From contig JBHGNT010000008.1 in NCBI GenBank assembly GCA_043228905.1, forward strand, positions 16,740,001 through 16,804,000: a stretch of 64,000 bases of DNA. The letters are read 5' to 3'. The notes under the pieces were generated by a model, which was not told the DNA's origin, searched no databases, and was given only the letters and a program-made list of their open reading frames with translations. Below are positions 1 through 14,068 of this stretch, piece by piece. The DNA is from Azolla caroliniana (Eukaryota; Plantae; Polypodiophyta). Both the position numbers and the translations under genes were made by a program. Each line of letters begins with the position of its first letter. Within the stretch, counting starts at the first letter, position 1.

Positions 1-242
1 TTAATGAGCATTGAAGTACTGTCAGTACTTCTGTCAGTCCTTCTAGGACTTGTATAAAAGTGTTCATTGAACACACATATGTATAGAGTAGTGAATCGAG
101 ATCCTTTGTTGTTGAATATAGTTCTTCTTTCTCTCTCTTTCTCTCTCCTGCGTATACAGCGTAAGCTCAAGCTCTCCATTAAACCTGAGATTTCTATCTT
201 CTGTTCGGTCTTCATACTTTCTTCCGCACGCTACTTTCTACA
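1..242 (+). repeat. copia 5' LTR (partial)
   Basis: Direct repeat of 5299-5540; ends ...TTTCTACA immediately before the PBS. Confidence 0.95.
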
Positions 243-254
243 TGGTATCAGAGC
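243..254 (+). promoter_or_regulatory. Primer binding site, tRNA-iMet
   Basis: TGGTATCAGAGC directly after the LTR-terminal CA; the canonical plant iMet PBS. Confidence 0.93.
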
Positions 255-309
255 GCGAGGGTTGAGAACCTCTCTGCAGCCGACACAGTGACGAAGAAGA
301 ACAAGAAGA

Positions 310-3300
310 ATGATGGATAGAGGCATGGCGAGCTCGCTTCCAACAGAGAAACTCGACAGAACCAACTACGCGTCTTGGTCCTACAAGATGCACCAGTACC
401 TGCTCGGGCACGGCTACTGGAGTTATGTTGAAGGAGCTAATGACGCGGCACCCGAATCGACACACAGAGACTTCCCGTCGTGGGAGGAATCGGCGTGCAG
501 GGTATTATACTGCTTCGCGTCGTGTGTGGGCGAACAACTATTGAGCTATGTCCGGGAAGCAAAGACGTGAAAGGGTGCGTGGGAAAATCTGAAGAAGATT
601 TTCGCCGCAAGCACCACAGCTAGGAAGCTCCAGCTCCGACAGGAGTTGAGCAACCTACGACAACACGACTTGTCGGTGGAGAACTATACCTCGAAGATCA
701 AGGATATCTGCGACTCCCTCGCCTCCATAGAGGTAAACACCAAGGAGAGCGAGATGATCCAGATCTGTCTTAGAGGTTTGGCATCGAAGTTCGGAGCGTT
801 CCGAACGGCTGTGTGTACCCGGGAGAATACGTCGTCCTTTTTCGACTTATAGTCGATGCTCCTGGTAGAGGAGAACCACGCGGGTGCGTCGACGAGCACG
901 CACATCGACAGCAAGATGTTGTACATGGAAGGAGAAAGGCCCCGTGGTCGTGGCGGACGAGGCGAGTTGGTACGCAATGGAGGCGGCCGACGAGATCAAG
1001 GAAGATGGCACCGAAGTGATGCCAACAGCAACTCCGGACCCTCCGGAAACAGGGGGAGTCGAAGCGATGAGAACCGGCAAGGGAAGGCCATCGCGGAGTA
1101 CTGGTACTGTGGCAAGAAAGGCCACAGGGAAAGTGAGTGTTGGAAGAAGCGCGCCGATTCGGAGAGAACCGGTTCCGGAAACGGCTCCGGACATACCGAC
1201 AAGGGAAATCGGCAGCGATCGCACTACGCCAAAGACTCCGGGAGAGTCAGAGAAGGGTATGTCTTCGTGACGAGACACGAAGCAAACTCAATGAAACAGA
1301 GCACCCCGAGATCGGACGAGGTGTGGTACGTAGACTCCGGCGCGTCAAACCACATGACGAGCCATAAGGAGTGGTTCTCGTACCTTGAAAAACCGATACA
1401 ACCTGGAGTAGTCGCAACTGGAGACGACACTCCGCATCCAATCGCGAATGTCGAAAAAGTTCCCCTTAGCCATGTCGGGCAGAAAGGGAAACTCATGAAC
1501 GTGTTGCACGTCCCGACAATCACGAAGAACTTGGTCTCGGTCGGACAGATCGTCGACCAAGGGATGGAGGTTCGGTTTACACACCTCGGGTGCTTCATTG
1601 AGGAAGAAGGTCGTGTGATTGCGCAAGGGCGCAGAGACGGGAGGATGTTCATCCTCGACTCCACTGACGGCGGCACCGCAATGTTCGTGAAGGGAAGAAA
1701 AACCGAGTCGGACATCGACTTGTGGCACAAGCGGATAGGCCACGTCAACTACCAGCGGCTTCAAGATCTGCAATCGAAACAGGTAGTGTTCGGATTGCCC
1801 AAATTTAGTGGCTGAAAGGCACAAATTTGTGAAGCCTGCCAGCTCGGGAAGCAGCACCGACTTCCTTTCCCCAACGAGCGAAACTGGAGCCGGAACAAGC
1901 TCGACCTTATACACTCCGATGTGTGGGGGCCGGCACAAAACGTTAGTCTTGGCGGGAGCCGATATTTCGTCTCCTTCATCGACGACCACACGCGGCACAC
2001 GTGGATCTACCTCATTGAGAGGAAGAGCGAAGTCTTCGACTGTTTCCGTGACCTCAAAGGGTTCGTGGAAACGGAAACGGGACGAAAGATCAAGTGCTTG
2101 CGGTCGGATGGCGGAAAAGAGTACGTTTCTGGTCAATTCAACGATTATCTACAACAAATGGGAATTCGGCGCAAATTCAGTTGTAGATACACGCCGGAGC
2201 AGAACGGCGTGGCCGAGAGGAAGAATCGGTCAGTTGTGGAAGCGGCACGGGCAATGTTGGAGGAGAAGAGCTTGCCCAAGTTCTACTGGGCCGAAGCGGT
2301 AAGGACCGCGGTATATATCCAGAACCGGATCGAAGACAAAGTGTCGGCGCACGAGCTATATTTCGGAACGAAGCCGAACTTGTGACACTTGAGGGTGTTC
2401 GGTAGCATTGCGTATGTGCATATACCGAAGGAGAAAAGGAGGAAGCTGGACGCAAAGGCCGAGAAATGCATCTTGGTCGGTTACTCGGACGAGCAGAAGG
2501 GTTATAAGTGTTCTAACCCTCGCACCAAACAAGCGCGTGTCAGCCGCAACGTTGTGTTTGACGAGTCCGCGTCCTGGTACCTGCCCCTGACTCCGAACCC
2601 TACCCCCAATCCGAGCTCTGACGATGAGGTCAGCGAGGCCGAGATGCCTCCGGATGAGCCTGAAATCGAGACCCGCGAAGAGAGTCCGATTTCACTCCAG
2701 TTAAGTGGACCGATTGGACGACTGAGTCGATACGACCAGTCCGATGAAGAGCCGGCGAGTAGTGGAGACTCGACCGTCCATTCCCTGCACAGGAAGCCGA
2801 GGAGACGGCTTACGCGCAAAGAGAAAGGGAAGAAGGTGTCGGATTCCGACATGGATAGGAACGAGTCAGACCGACGTGAGTCCGACTCCGAGGGAACCGG
2901 TGACGGGTCTTTAAAAGTGAAGTCCGCGTTGACCGAGAAGGCCTCGACATCGGCTAATGCGAGATTATGCCGATCTACCCGCCAGAAGAACCCTGTTTTG
3001 CGGTTCGGATACAACGAGTACATGGCACATCATTATGCGTACATGACCCATGTAGCAGAAGTGCGTGAGCCGGAGAGCTACGCAGAAGCGGCTAAAGACG
3101 CGACTTGGCGTGCCGCGATGGAGGAAGAGATGCACGCATTGGCGGAGAACGAGACCTAGGACCTGGTTGACGCACCAACAGGTGTAAAACCGATCGGGTG
3201 TAGGTGGGTGTACAAGGTCAAGTACAACACTGATGGCTCGATCAATCGGTACAAGGCTCGGCTAGTGGCAAAGGGCTACGCGCAGAAACATGGCATCGAC

Positions 3301-4641
3301 TACGATGAGACGTTTGCGCTGGTCGCGAAAATGACAACCGTCCGTGTTTTGCTCGCAGTAGCCGCGGCCGAGGGGTGGCACCTACATCAAATGGATGTAA
3401 AGAATGCGTTCCTGCAAGGTGACCTTGAGGAACATGTGTACATGGTACAGCCCCCCGGATTTCACTCCGGAACAAACTCCTCGGCAGTATGCCGACTGAA
3501 GAAGTCCCTTTACGGACTGAAGCAAGCCCCGCGTGCCTGGAACGCGAAGATCACGCAACAACTGCGTCGGATGGGCTTCGTCACGTCAAAATCGGACTCT
3601 TCCCTGTTCATCCGGAAAGGTCGACTCAGACCGGTTAGTATTTTACTATATGTTGATGACTTGGTCATCACCGGCGTCGACCTAGGTGAAATCGACCGCG
3701 TGAAGCTCCAACTTGCGGCATCGTTCGACAAAAAGGATCTGGGGGACCTTCATTACTTCCTCGGGATCGAAGTGATCCGTACCCCCAAAGGCATATTGAT
3801 CAGCCAACATCATTACGTGTTGGGTATGCTCTTCAAACTCGGGATGGCCGACTGTAAGTCCGTCTCGACTCCTCTGGACAGAACCGTCAAGCTTCGTCCC
3901 AATACGGGAAAGGTATGCGACCTGACGAGGTTTCGACAAATTGTCGAAAGCCTCATATACTTGACCATCACCCGACCCGACCTCAGTTATCCAGTCGGGG
4001 TGATCAGTCAGTTCATGGCGCGACCTACCGAGGAGCACCTTCAGTGTGCGCAACGCGTACTGCGGTACGTAAGCGGCACTAAGGACCGCGGACTGCTATA
4101 TCGGACCGGTGCAGCCGAACAGTTAGTCAGCTACACCGATGCTGATTGGGCTGGCAACGCCACCGATCGTCGATCCACGTCTAGATACGCGTTCTCCCTC
4201 GGGAGTGCCGCGATCGCGTGGAGCAGTAAGAAGCAGCCGATAGTTGCACTGTCGAGCACCGAAGTTGAGTACCGAGGAGCGGCTGTCGCGACATGCGAAG
4301 CCATATGGTTGAAGCGGCTACTTAAGGACCTGCAAGCGGAGGTGTCAGATCCGACGACGATCTACTGCGACAACCTCAGTAGCATCCAGCTCGCGAAGAA
4401 CCCCGTTTTCCACGCACGGACCAAGCACATTGAGGTGCACTATCATTTCGTCCGTGAGCGTGTCCTTTCCGGTGAAGTCGAACTTCAGTACGTTCTAACG
4501 GATCGGCAGACTGCCGACATCTTCACCAAGCCTCTTGGTCTGGACAAGTTGCGGCAATTCTCAGGTGCGCTCGGATTGCGTCACCTCGACGTGCCAAACT
4601 TGAGGGGGAGAACAGTCCCGAACGACCAAGCAAGGCAGTAG
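310..4641 (+). pseudogene. copia gag-pol polyprotein, disabled by in-frame stops
   Basis: One reading frame throughout. Gag (LDRTNYASWSYKM), degenerate zinc knuckle (YCGKKGHRESEC), protease (WYVDSGASNHM), GAG-pre-integrase (LWHKRIGH), integrase (FIDDHTR...LRSDGGKEY...QNGVAERKNR), RT (QMDVKNAFL, LLYVDDL), RNase H (YTDADWAG, IYCDN, ADIFTK). Stops at 568, 850, 1813, 2383, 3157, 4639. Confidence 0.95.
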
Positions 4642-5145
4642 GAAAGGAGTGGAGACTGCAACACCACCGAGTCGGATGACTCGGTTGTCGAGTTCGACTA
4701 CTTCGAATCGGCTGAAGAAGCCGAGGGCGGACCCGCGGAAAAGTTCGGAAGAGGACAGAAGGGGAGCAACCGAAGGAGAGAGCCGAAGCCAACCACGCAT
4801 GGGGAAGATGACGCCACTGAGGGCGAGAAGACCGAAGACGAGTTGGAGACAGCCAACTCGGACGAGAGCGAAAACCGATCGGAGGTAGCCGAGTCGGTTC
4901 GGATGTTTGATTCAGATACACTGAATCAACCGAGGCCCAAGCGGAAGAAAAGGCAGCAGGAGAAGCGTCAACACCGCAACAATAGAAGAGCTGATAAGGG
5001 CCACATGAGCAGACAAGCCGACCGGAAGGGTCGAAGCGCGCGGAGTCGAACAGGTCGAGGAGCGCAAGAAAGGCGTAAAGCCAGGAGGAACTAGAGTTGT
5101 GAGCCCGAAGATCCCGAAGAGCCTCAAGTTGAGCTTGAGGGGGAG

Positions 5146-5540
5146 TGTTGAGAGACAAGCTCAACATCGGCCGGATCGGCTGAAGAAGCCGAGGACCGGA
5201 TCGGTTGGGACCGATCAGTTAGGCCGAGTGCGTAAACCGGGAGGTCGTTAGGAAAGATATTCCGTGAGGAATATATTTTGGAGTTAGTGTAGGAGCTCTT
5301 AATGAGCATTGAAGTACTGTCAGTACTTCTGTCAGTCCTTCTAGGACTTGTATAAAAGTGTTCATTGAACACACATATGTATAGAGTAGTGAATCGAGAT
5401 CCTTTGTTGTTGAATATAGTTCTTCTTTCTCTCTCTTTCTCTCTCCTGCGTATACAGCGTAAGCTCAAGCTCTCCATTAAATCTGAGATTTCTATCTTCT
5501 GTTCGGTCTTCATACTTGCTTCCGCACGCTACTTTCTACA
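5146..5540 (+). repeat. copia 3' LTR (395 bp)
   Basis: Starts TGTTGAG after the PPT and ends CTACA; the last 242 bp repeat positions 1-242. Confidence 0.95.
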
Positions 5541-8500
5541 ATTACAAGGAAAGTTATGGTTTTAAATCTCACTTATTTACAAAAGTTTTTAGCAAATTAA
5601 ATCATAATAGCACCAAATTACATCATATGTGAGCCCTTTTACTTAGGGTGAGAAGAGATAAGAATAAAAGGGAGTTGGAGGGATGTCCTTGAGGTTCGAC
5701 ATGATAAGTCTACGGTTGGCGTTAGAATTCCCTTGGTCATTGCATGCAACCTCGTTATTCACTACCCCCCTAATTTGTTTCATTATTGAATCTCAAAACT
5801 AGAGAACTAACAATGAGCTCTCATATTTATTATATAGCTTTCAAAAGCTCTCTTGCTTGATAAAAATAATATTCTCTCTTTTTTAATATGCATTGTTACT
5901 TTTTTGTTTGAACATGCATGTACACGATGTATATTGACTATTCACATTTACCACGCTTTTCCTTATTGTCTCTTGTGCATTATAACTCTTGGTGCACACA
6001 CACACACACATGCTCATATGAAGCATGAGAAGGCACAAAATATCACAAACACAACTAGATGTTGTCCCTTCATATGGCTATAGACAACCAAGAGTCATGC
6101 ACATAAATTGATCTTTCTTGTCATGTTGTGTACCTCCTCCTACCTTGTAGAAGATAACCCCCAAAAGTCAAACTTATGATTCACACACAAAACACATAGA
6201 AAGCCAACCTTATGGCCACACATATTTGTCAAGGCCATTTAGGACCAACCCCTCAAACAAATTATATCCACGAACTTCGACATGTGCATCTATTAGGACA
6301 TAATATGTTCAAGAAACATTTAAATCTGAATATTGATTTAAGGAGAAAACATTGTTCGCAATTTAGTAATGAATGTAACAGAAGATGTGAACATATTAAG
6401 TATTGTATATCGAATCAAATAAATACAAGGATATAAGTCTTTATGTGTCTACATCATGTATATGTGAGGTAATGGATATGTACATCTAAATGGCACTATT
6501 ATTGCTGTCAATTTTTACATTGCACAATGGGCCTAGTAATACAATGTCATATCATGCCTCTTTGAACAACACTTATAACATTCAATGCCATGCCAATTTG
6601 CATAATTTTTGTTTTTTTATTTTATTTTAATTTCTAAGAAAAGCCTCACATTTAACAAAAAGACTTTAGTTATGACTCATGAGTGAAATGGTATAAGTTA
6701 CATGGGAGACTTACCTTCAAATTGTCAAATGAGTCTCAAATCATAACATACGCCTTTATCAAGTTCACGCAATGATGTCAATGGATTTCTCTGTATACAA
6801 GGTTGAAATAATGTAAATGCCATGTGTTAGGTGGTATTAATACTCCACGTCAAGTTGTAATTAATGGTATTTGGACTAATTTTATGTGATTGATCATTTA
6901 ACTGAAAGAGGCACATATGGGAGACTCATTGAACTAACTCCCAATGCATATCTCAAAAGGCAAGTGCACGAACAAATGGGCCAAGTGTATGTTCACTCCA
7001 TATACAAGGGTATACTAAGGACTATACATTGCTTGTTTCTTATTTTTAAGTTTTTTATTTCTTCGAAGGTGTGGGTTGTTTTCGTAACAAGTGACCATGA
7101 CACATAAGTTACACTTGTCGACATGGACATGGAAAATGATGAGTAAAGCATGGTTTTAATATTTGAAAAATCACGTGTGGTTATTGCAATGATGATTTCA
7201 TTTATTAGCGTTGCCTTTTCAAAGGGTAATGCTATCGTTTTCACTCTTTCTTTGTATTGCAGAAACATGGCAATTTCAAAAACAAATATGTTGCAAACTC
7301 ATCTTTGTAGTTGTACATGATCTTGAGCTAAAATTGTAGATAGTGAATACAATGCCAAATATTTAAACACATGATCCTAACATTGCAAAGCATGAGCTAT
7401 AGAACTATGCAATATTTCTATAGCATGGGCATTGAACGAAATATTAATAAAAGCAAAGCTTGTGCATTGTGCTTTAGCATGTAGAATATTGTTTACTATG
7501 TCTGTTGACGCCCATCTCACCACATGTTTGCCACATGTTTGCTTCCTTCAATCAATGCTAACATATTCAAGTAAGAGACTAAATAAAGATGCAAATCCAA
7601 TATTGACTTTAGAATAGTAGCCACTACCAATGCCCATGAAAGATACAAAATAAAGTTGAGACGATTCAATCATGGTGGATTATACCGACATTCATGAATT
7701 TTGTAAGACAAATATATCATCATCTACCATGTGTAAATGCACAATCTTACTTTTACATTGCTCCACTCATCTCACCCAAATAGTCTTGATATGGTTTTGC
7801 AATGCATTGACCTTCACAATCTCAACATACACATGATCATCGATTATCTTGCTTCTTATCAATTAGACATGTTTCACATAAGAACAAGAGCAAGTATGAT
7901 ACAATCAATGCACACGCTTCAACATTTATATACTCAAATTGTTTGCTCAATTTGTGAGTATCAACTTTATTTGTTCCTGTGCCATTTTATGTTGCCTGCT
8001 CTATTTTAGACTACACACAAAAACCATATCCTGTAGGCCATGACGTATAGAATTGTAAGAATTTGGCCTTTTACTAAACAATAAAAAACAGCACATAAAC
8101 ATTCAAACTTATGTTTCACATTTATCTTTAATTTATCCTCTTATGTAAATGTATACATTGGGTTCACATGTGATTATAGGAGGTCAATAACGTAATTCAC
8201 AATTGTGGATTGTGATCCGAGCCCTCGTTACATTTGCTCATCATAATTGATTCATGATATCTCCATATATTCTTGTTTCACGCACAAGTCTTTTTGTCAA
8301 AGTCAATTACCAAGTCAAAGCATTTTAATTATAAATTATGGGCACAAACACCTTGCATCACACTCTTTTCAGTGGAAAAACAATTAATAAATAGAATCCC
8401 ACAAAGCGACTTTGTGGTAGAGATGCCTTCGCATAGTGTCCACAAAGATCAAGGCAATAACAAAGCTAGGTTGTGTAGCCATGTGAATGATCATGCAAAG

Positions 8501-10969
8501 ATGAAATCAAAATGTATAAATAATGGCTAACATGTGTTATTACACATTTGATGCTTACATCAACATGGAATGGTTTACATACATTTGTGTTGTCGTTACT
8601 ATAGTAATTAAGATATACTTGTGTAGACGATACAATCTATGCATCTATTTACACAATGTGTACTCGTGAAACCTTGAACAAACAATATATGTTCTTAAGA
8701 TAGCTTTTATAAATGTGCATTCTTCACCACATATTTATGTAAAATTTTAAAGGGCCTCAGAGAAGGTAGATGAAATTGTGTCTTTCTCCTTGCAAAAAGA
8801 CGTTGATGTGTGCATGCAGACATCATTTATACATGTTGCAATTTAGAGGAGAGAATTGACCAAAATTAAAACCCTAAACCTTGTATTAACACTCTCTTAT
8901 TTCACAACACTTTGCTTTCCATACAAGTTTAAGAGTAAATACGATTCTAGTTCATAGAAACTAAATGCTATATAGTAACCCTAAACTATAGGAGGAATAA
9001 ATCATTATTATTGGATGGCTTTGTGGACTACATATAAGGGATTACGGACCATGTGTCATTTCTACTTTTTTATTATTTGTGAGTGTATGGTTCATGCATC
9101 CATTCTCAATTGTCATTGTAAATTGGTAAGTATCTTACCCATATAGTATGATAAAACATTACAAGTACTATATTGTTGCTTTAGCAACAACAAACATGCA
9201 AGCACTTATGCGAACACCAAGTACATCCAATAGAGCGAATGAGTACGTTGCCCGCATATTAAAATAGGGCCACGATAATTAGTTTACGTACTCAACCTAA
9301 AAGATACACAATTTACAAAGCTTTGAGCTATTCGCGAGTCATCATCCATAACTTACCACTGTAATTATTATTTAAGGCTTCACATAAATACAAAGAATTA
9401 GTCTTGGAGTAATCGTATGAGAAAAGTTCCATTAATAATCTCTTTTTGTGAGTGGTAATGAGCACGTTTATTGTAAGCTTATAACAATACAATCTACATT
9501 AACAATCAATGCCCCTTTGTACATGTATGGTAGCATTGTTGTAACTTGTTATTTTCATATAAATCCATTAGTGAACAATAGAAATACTTAAGGGAAACTT
9601 TTTATATAAACCGAAACCTCATAAAAGGGGAAAAAAGGTAAGTTGAAGACTATTTGAGAAACCTTATTAATCAAACTAACTCAATAAGATGATTTAATTA
9701 GATAAATTTGGTCATATAAGAGTCAATTGAATTACATTACATCGACTACTACGTTATTAGAGCATCATGCAACCTAAATAGATTACAAGTGGTTACTTGA
9801 ACCCTCATCTAGCATGTGAGTCTATACCAATGGTGCGCCAAACATGCCTAGTCCTTAAGGTTTATTAGTGGAACATCACAAGTTGTGCCTAATGATATAA
9901 GCAAAAGCTTTACCGCAAGAACGATGCACACAATGATGCTTGAACCCTAGACTTGAAGGTTAATCACAATCTTTATTTGTTCTATGAATCATATCCCATT
10001 CATCTTTACGCACTATATGTGGTAAATAAATGCTATGATGCATGAAAATGTATGCTCAATCGAGATGATCCATTCAATACTGTCTTCTAGATTTATTTGG
10101 GGATGCACAAAATAGATTGCGAGTACCCACCAAATCTAGTTATTGCAAAAGTCTTTACTCCCTATTAATACTTCCTCCTTACCCCATGAGCTTTTTTCAC
10201 TGTGATTGCTTATAAAACAACCTCTACAAAATGTGCGGTCCTTTGCCCAGATTTATGATAGCCAACTTAGTTTTAAAAATGCCCCACGAATTTCCAATGA
10301 AATATTAGCTAGTTATAATTGTACGACAAACATGCGTGGTTTTTTACGTAAAGGCTAGGAATAGCTAATAGTATTCTTTAAAGTTATTTAGTCACATGTT
10401 CATATTGTGATAATGAAGTTTGATAATACACAAAGGCAAAAGTTTTGTGATATTGATGGTAAATAACATTGTTTTTGCCATGGGATTTGTTGGATATGGT
10501 GACAATATTCCCAACCAAAGGTTAGTATAAATTATCTAGAGCTAGCTCAAAATGTACACCTTCCACCAACCTAACCTACTAATGGAAGTCCCCCATATGA
10601 GGATAGCCAAGACGGTCATTAATAAAGTTTGTAATGAAAACATAAGAGAATGTGGTATAGATGGCCAAGTGTGCTTAAGATAGCCACCAACCTCAAGAAC
10701 ATGGCATGCAAGAACTATAAAATAATTGACGCAATTATTGTTAGTCTAGAATTAGTGGCATATAAGCTCCCCATTGATGTATAACCACCAGAGTCACTTG
10801 TAATTGTAGTTGAAATTATATTATACTTTGAGTTTCATTGCTTTTATTCTTACATCAATCACTCATGATTCTTATTTCATACCTATTTCCTTGCATAGAA
10901 TGAGTTCGAATTTGTTGGCAATTGAAAACCATGCCACATGGATGTGACCAAGATGGTGTCGTGCATAGC

Positions 10970-11500
10970 AATCAACAACGGTTTGGTTTGGTTTGAGGGT
11001 GTCAAACTCAAACCGTTTAAAATTTTTGAAACTTAAACCGAACCAAACCACGGAACCATTTAAACCTAAAGCCATTCAAATCAAACCGTTAAAGAAAATC
11101 CAAACTCAAACCAAACGGTTTTAGAGATTTTCAAACCATTAAATTGTTAAACCGTTAAAAGTAGAGTTTCGCGGTCTGGTATCAGTTTTTAAGTTAGGTC
11201 AATTTTCAATTTTAAAAGTTTAAATCTTTTAATATCTCAAATTTTAATTTTCTAATTTTTAACTTTTTCCCTAAAATGCTAGAATTGGGCTTATAATGGA
11301 GAGGTTGTTCAGAAAAATATTTAAGAAAAAATAATAAAATGATAACCTTAAACTGTTTAAACGATGGTTTCAAATCATTTGAACCAAACCAAACCAAACC
11401 AAACCAAACTGTTGACCCCCCAAACCTAAACTTGAACCGAACCGAACCGTTAAGCTGTAGTTTTGCAGTTCGGTTCAATTCAAACTGAATAGCTGCCAAT
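10970..11500. mobile_element. MITE-like / non-autonomous DNA transposon remnant rich in AAACC/GGTTT motifs
   Basis: Dense AAACC(G)/GGTTT pentamers in both orientations around an AT-rich core; inverted repeat TCAACAACGGTTTGGTTTGGTTTG (~10972) versus CAAACCAAACCAAACTGTTGA (~11396-11416). No clean TSD found. Confidence 0.5.
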
Positions 11501-12867
11501 TGTTAGTCATGCACGAGCGCCCATTTTGATCACTCGAGTGTAAATGGCTTTAATTGTTTGCGATGTGGAGGTCATTAGAAATGATACATTTAAACGAACT
11601 ACTAGGATACAACATCAAAATAAGAGCTATATAAAGTCATTTGTATTGAGTATTAGGTGAAATTATGTGTTGTCTTGCATGTATCCGATAAAAGCACCAA
11701 AATATAATAAAAATCGAAAGTAAAATTCATTCGTAATATCCACATGGATGTAGCTACTAGCTAACACAACTTTATTACTTTGTGGTAACGAATATCAAAA
11801 TGATTGTAATCCAGCCAACATCTTTGTTCACATGATAGGAACCCATTGTAGTGTCATCTTGTTCAACTCTCACTCGTCTATGTGATGAACAATCATTTTA
11901 ATGATATGTTACCGATTGATGATTCAAAATGCAACTTATTGCAATCTTTGTTTGAGATTTTCCTATGTTCCCAACAAAACATACATCACATTGTATTATT
12001 GTTGTTTATCATGGTGTTCTCAAGTACATGATTAATTTGGTAGTTAGTCAACCCATGCATATTGTTTTGGACTTTAGACTTTTGTCTCTATACATATATG
12101 TTCTTAAATATAAAAAAAATGTGTTCAACATTGACAACTTTGTTTCTCTTGCTACCTTTTTCATCATATTGATGATCTTTGCGGACCTCATGATAACCAT
12201 CATGTCATATTTTGTGCTTGTGATGCCCTTAAAATAGCCAGGAGCTAGGTTACATTATTTCTGCGTATTAATTGTGTAGAATGTTCCTCTTCATAGTTGT
12301 TTCAATAGACCACTTCACTAGCACACACTAACTTCATGTTAGGTCTTGCTTATGTGTCACCATGCTATCACCATATATTCATCAATCAGCACATGCCCAA
12401 CGAATGTTCTCTCTTCCTAGAGCTCAACAATGCCAACACTTTTAATTCCACTATCAACCCGTCTATTACAAGACTAATGTGCTTAGGAGTACTAGGGTCC
12501 AAATCAATCCCAACACTTCTAATTCCACTATCAAACCCTCTATTACAACCTAGATGTGTTTAGGTTACCATAGAATTCCGAGCCACGTTCGTGTAGACAC
12601 CCTTGTCAACACCAAAACATGACCAATTTCATCAAACACTGTCCTAGTTTTTGAGACATGTCCATCCTAGATCAACTTACATTGGACATATTTGAATGTA
12701 TGAACTTAAGTCCATTTAGCATTGCGTTCTTCTGTAATTAGCTCACATGTATATATATGCTTGTTTGATACTCTCGTTTAAGTTACAAGAAACAATTATA
12801 CACAAGTTTGGACAGTTTTTTTTTGTTGTTCTCAAAGACGATACAACATCTTCAAATGCAATCCGCA

Positions 12868-12881
12868 TACACACACACACA

Positions 12882-12923
<42 letters not shown>
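12868..12923. repeat. compound (AC)n(TC)n microsatellite
   Basis: Directly visible. Confidence 0.9.
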
Positions 12924-12924
<1 letters not shown>

Positions 12925-13923
12925 AGGAACTTTTAAGCATTATATGCCCATCGAAGAATGTGTCTCACAAATATGTAGATAACCCAACATTCACAACTTG
13001 TTTTCAATGCCTTTACACTCTTCCCCATCCCTTAGGCACATGAGCAACCTTAAGTAAATTGCATGGGTGCACGTGTTTTATCCTCAACTTTAGAATATGA
13101 GGTGTATTAGGTCCCACGAGCCATATTATTGCCTCACGAGGATGGGGTGGTACATCATCAACTTTGTTCTTTGTTTGTCTCTCTGTGAAAATAGCACAAA
13201 TATCCATTGTTTATGCCTTCCAGCCAAATACAGGGGGGGTTGGCCACCATTGTACTGTAACCTTGAGCCATTTTATTTATATATTATTTTGGGTGGTTGT
13301 ACTCCAAGACCAGCAAGCAAATGATCTCTTGCTCAAATAGGTCATTACAACCTTTTAAAAATGCATTCTATACCTACCTACATTCATCCATTCCTTTATT
13401 TACCTCATTGCTTGCACATGCACATGCTACAATCTCTTTGTAGACAAACTTTACAACTCCAAGACATGATCGTGTCATTGGAAGCAACAAACAAATAAGG
13501 AATGCGACCAAGTCCGAATTACAGGGAAAACTCTGAATTAATCTCCGACATTGTATTCCTTTTAACAATGTTAAGACTTTTCATTCTCGATTCGGTTCCT
13601 CGATCATCGTATGTAGCAAATGAGCATTTATATTCACGGTTAGTTCATCACGTTCTTCGCTTTGTGCAGTCATATATATATGTGGTCAAAATATGGTCAG
13701 ATCATCCATGTTCATCGCTTGCAAGTCATGTATGTGGTTCGAAGCTCATTCGTTCTCTTCTTCTCTTTGTCTAGGGGGGGCAAAGGGACATCGACAGGAA
13801 GGTACCTGGAAAACGTGACACAGGGAGGGATAAAGCCGCCAATTCATGTCTTTTCTTCTCTTGTCCGGGGGTTGTCGGGGGTTGGGAGAGGGTGCATTTG
13901 GGCAGGGATAACGGAGAGCGTAA

Positions 13924-13978
13924 TTTAGGGCTAGGGCTAGGGTTAGGGTTAGGGTTAGGGTTAGGGTTAGGGTTAGGG
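13924..13978 (+). repeat. interstitial telomere-like tract TTTAGGG(CTAGGG)2(TTAGGG)6
   Basis: Directly visible; followed by (GA)n at ~14015-14065. Confidence 0.9.
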
Positions 13979-14012
13979 TCAGAGGAGAATCTTAGGGCAC
14001 AATGTCGGAGAT

Positions 14013-14068
<56 letters not shown>

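Larger units (their letters stand above)
1..5540 (+). mobile_element. Ty1/copia LTR retrotransposon (5' LTR truncated by the window edge)
   Basis: 5' LTR part 1-242 matches 3' LTR 5299-5540 with 2 mismatches. PBS TGGTATCAGAGC at 243-254; PPT TTGAGGGGGAG before the 3' LTR (TG at 5146 ... CA at 5540). Domain order gag-PR-IN-RT-RH. Confidence 0.97.

Noticed and set aside
684-5167. Long antisense ORFs in the copia element (e.g. 1345-2136, 4523-5167)
   Set aside because: Expected shadows of a GC-rich coding strand; no independent motifs.
13924-13978. True chromosome end or vertebrate contamination
   Set aside because: Only nine units, embedded in continuous plant sequence.
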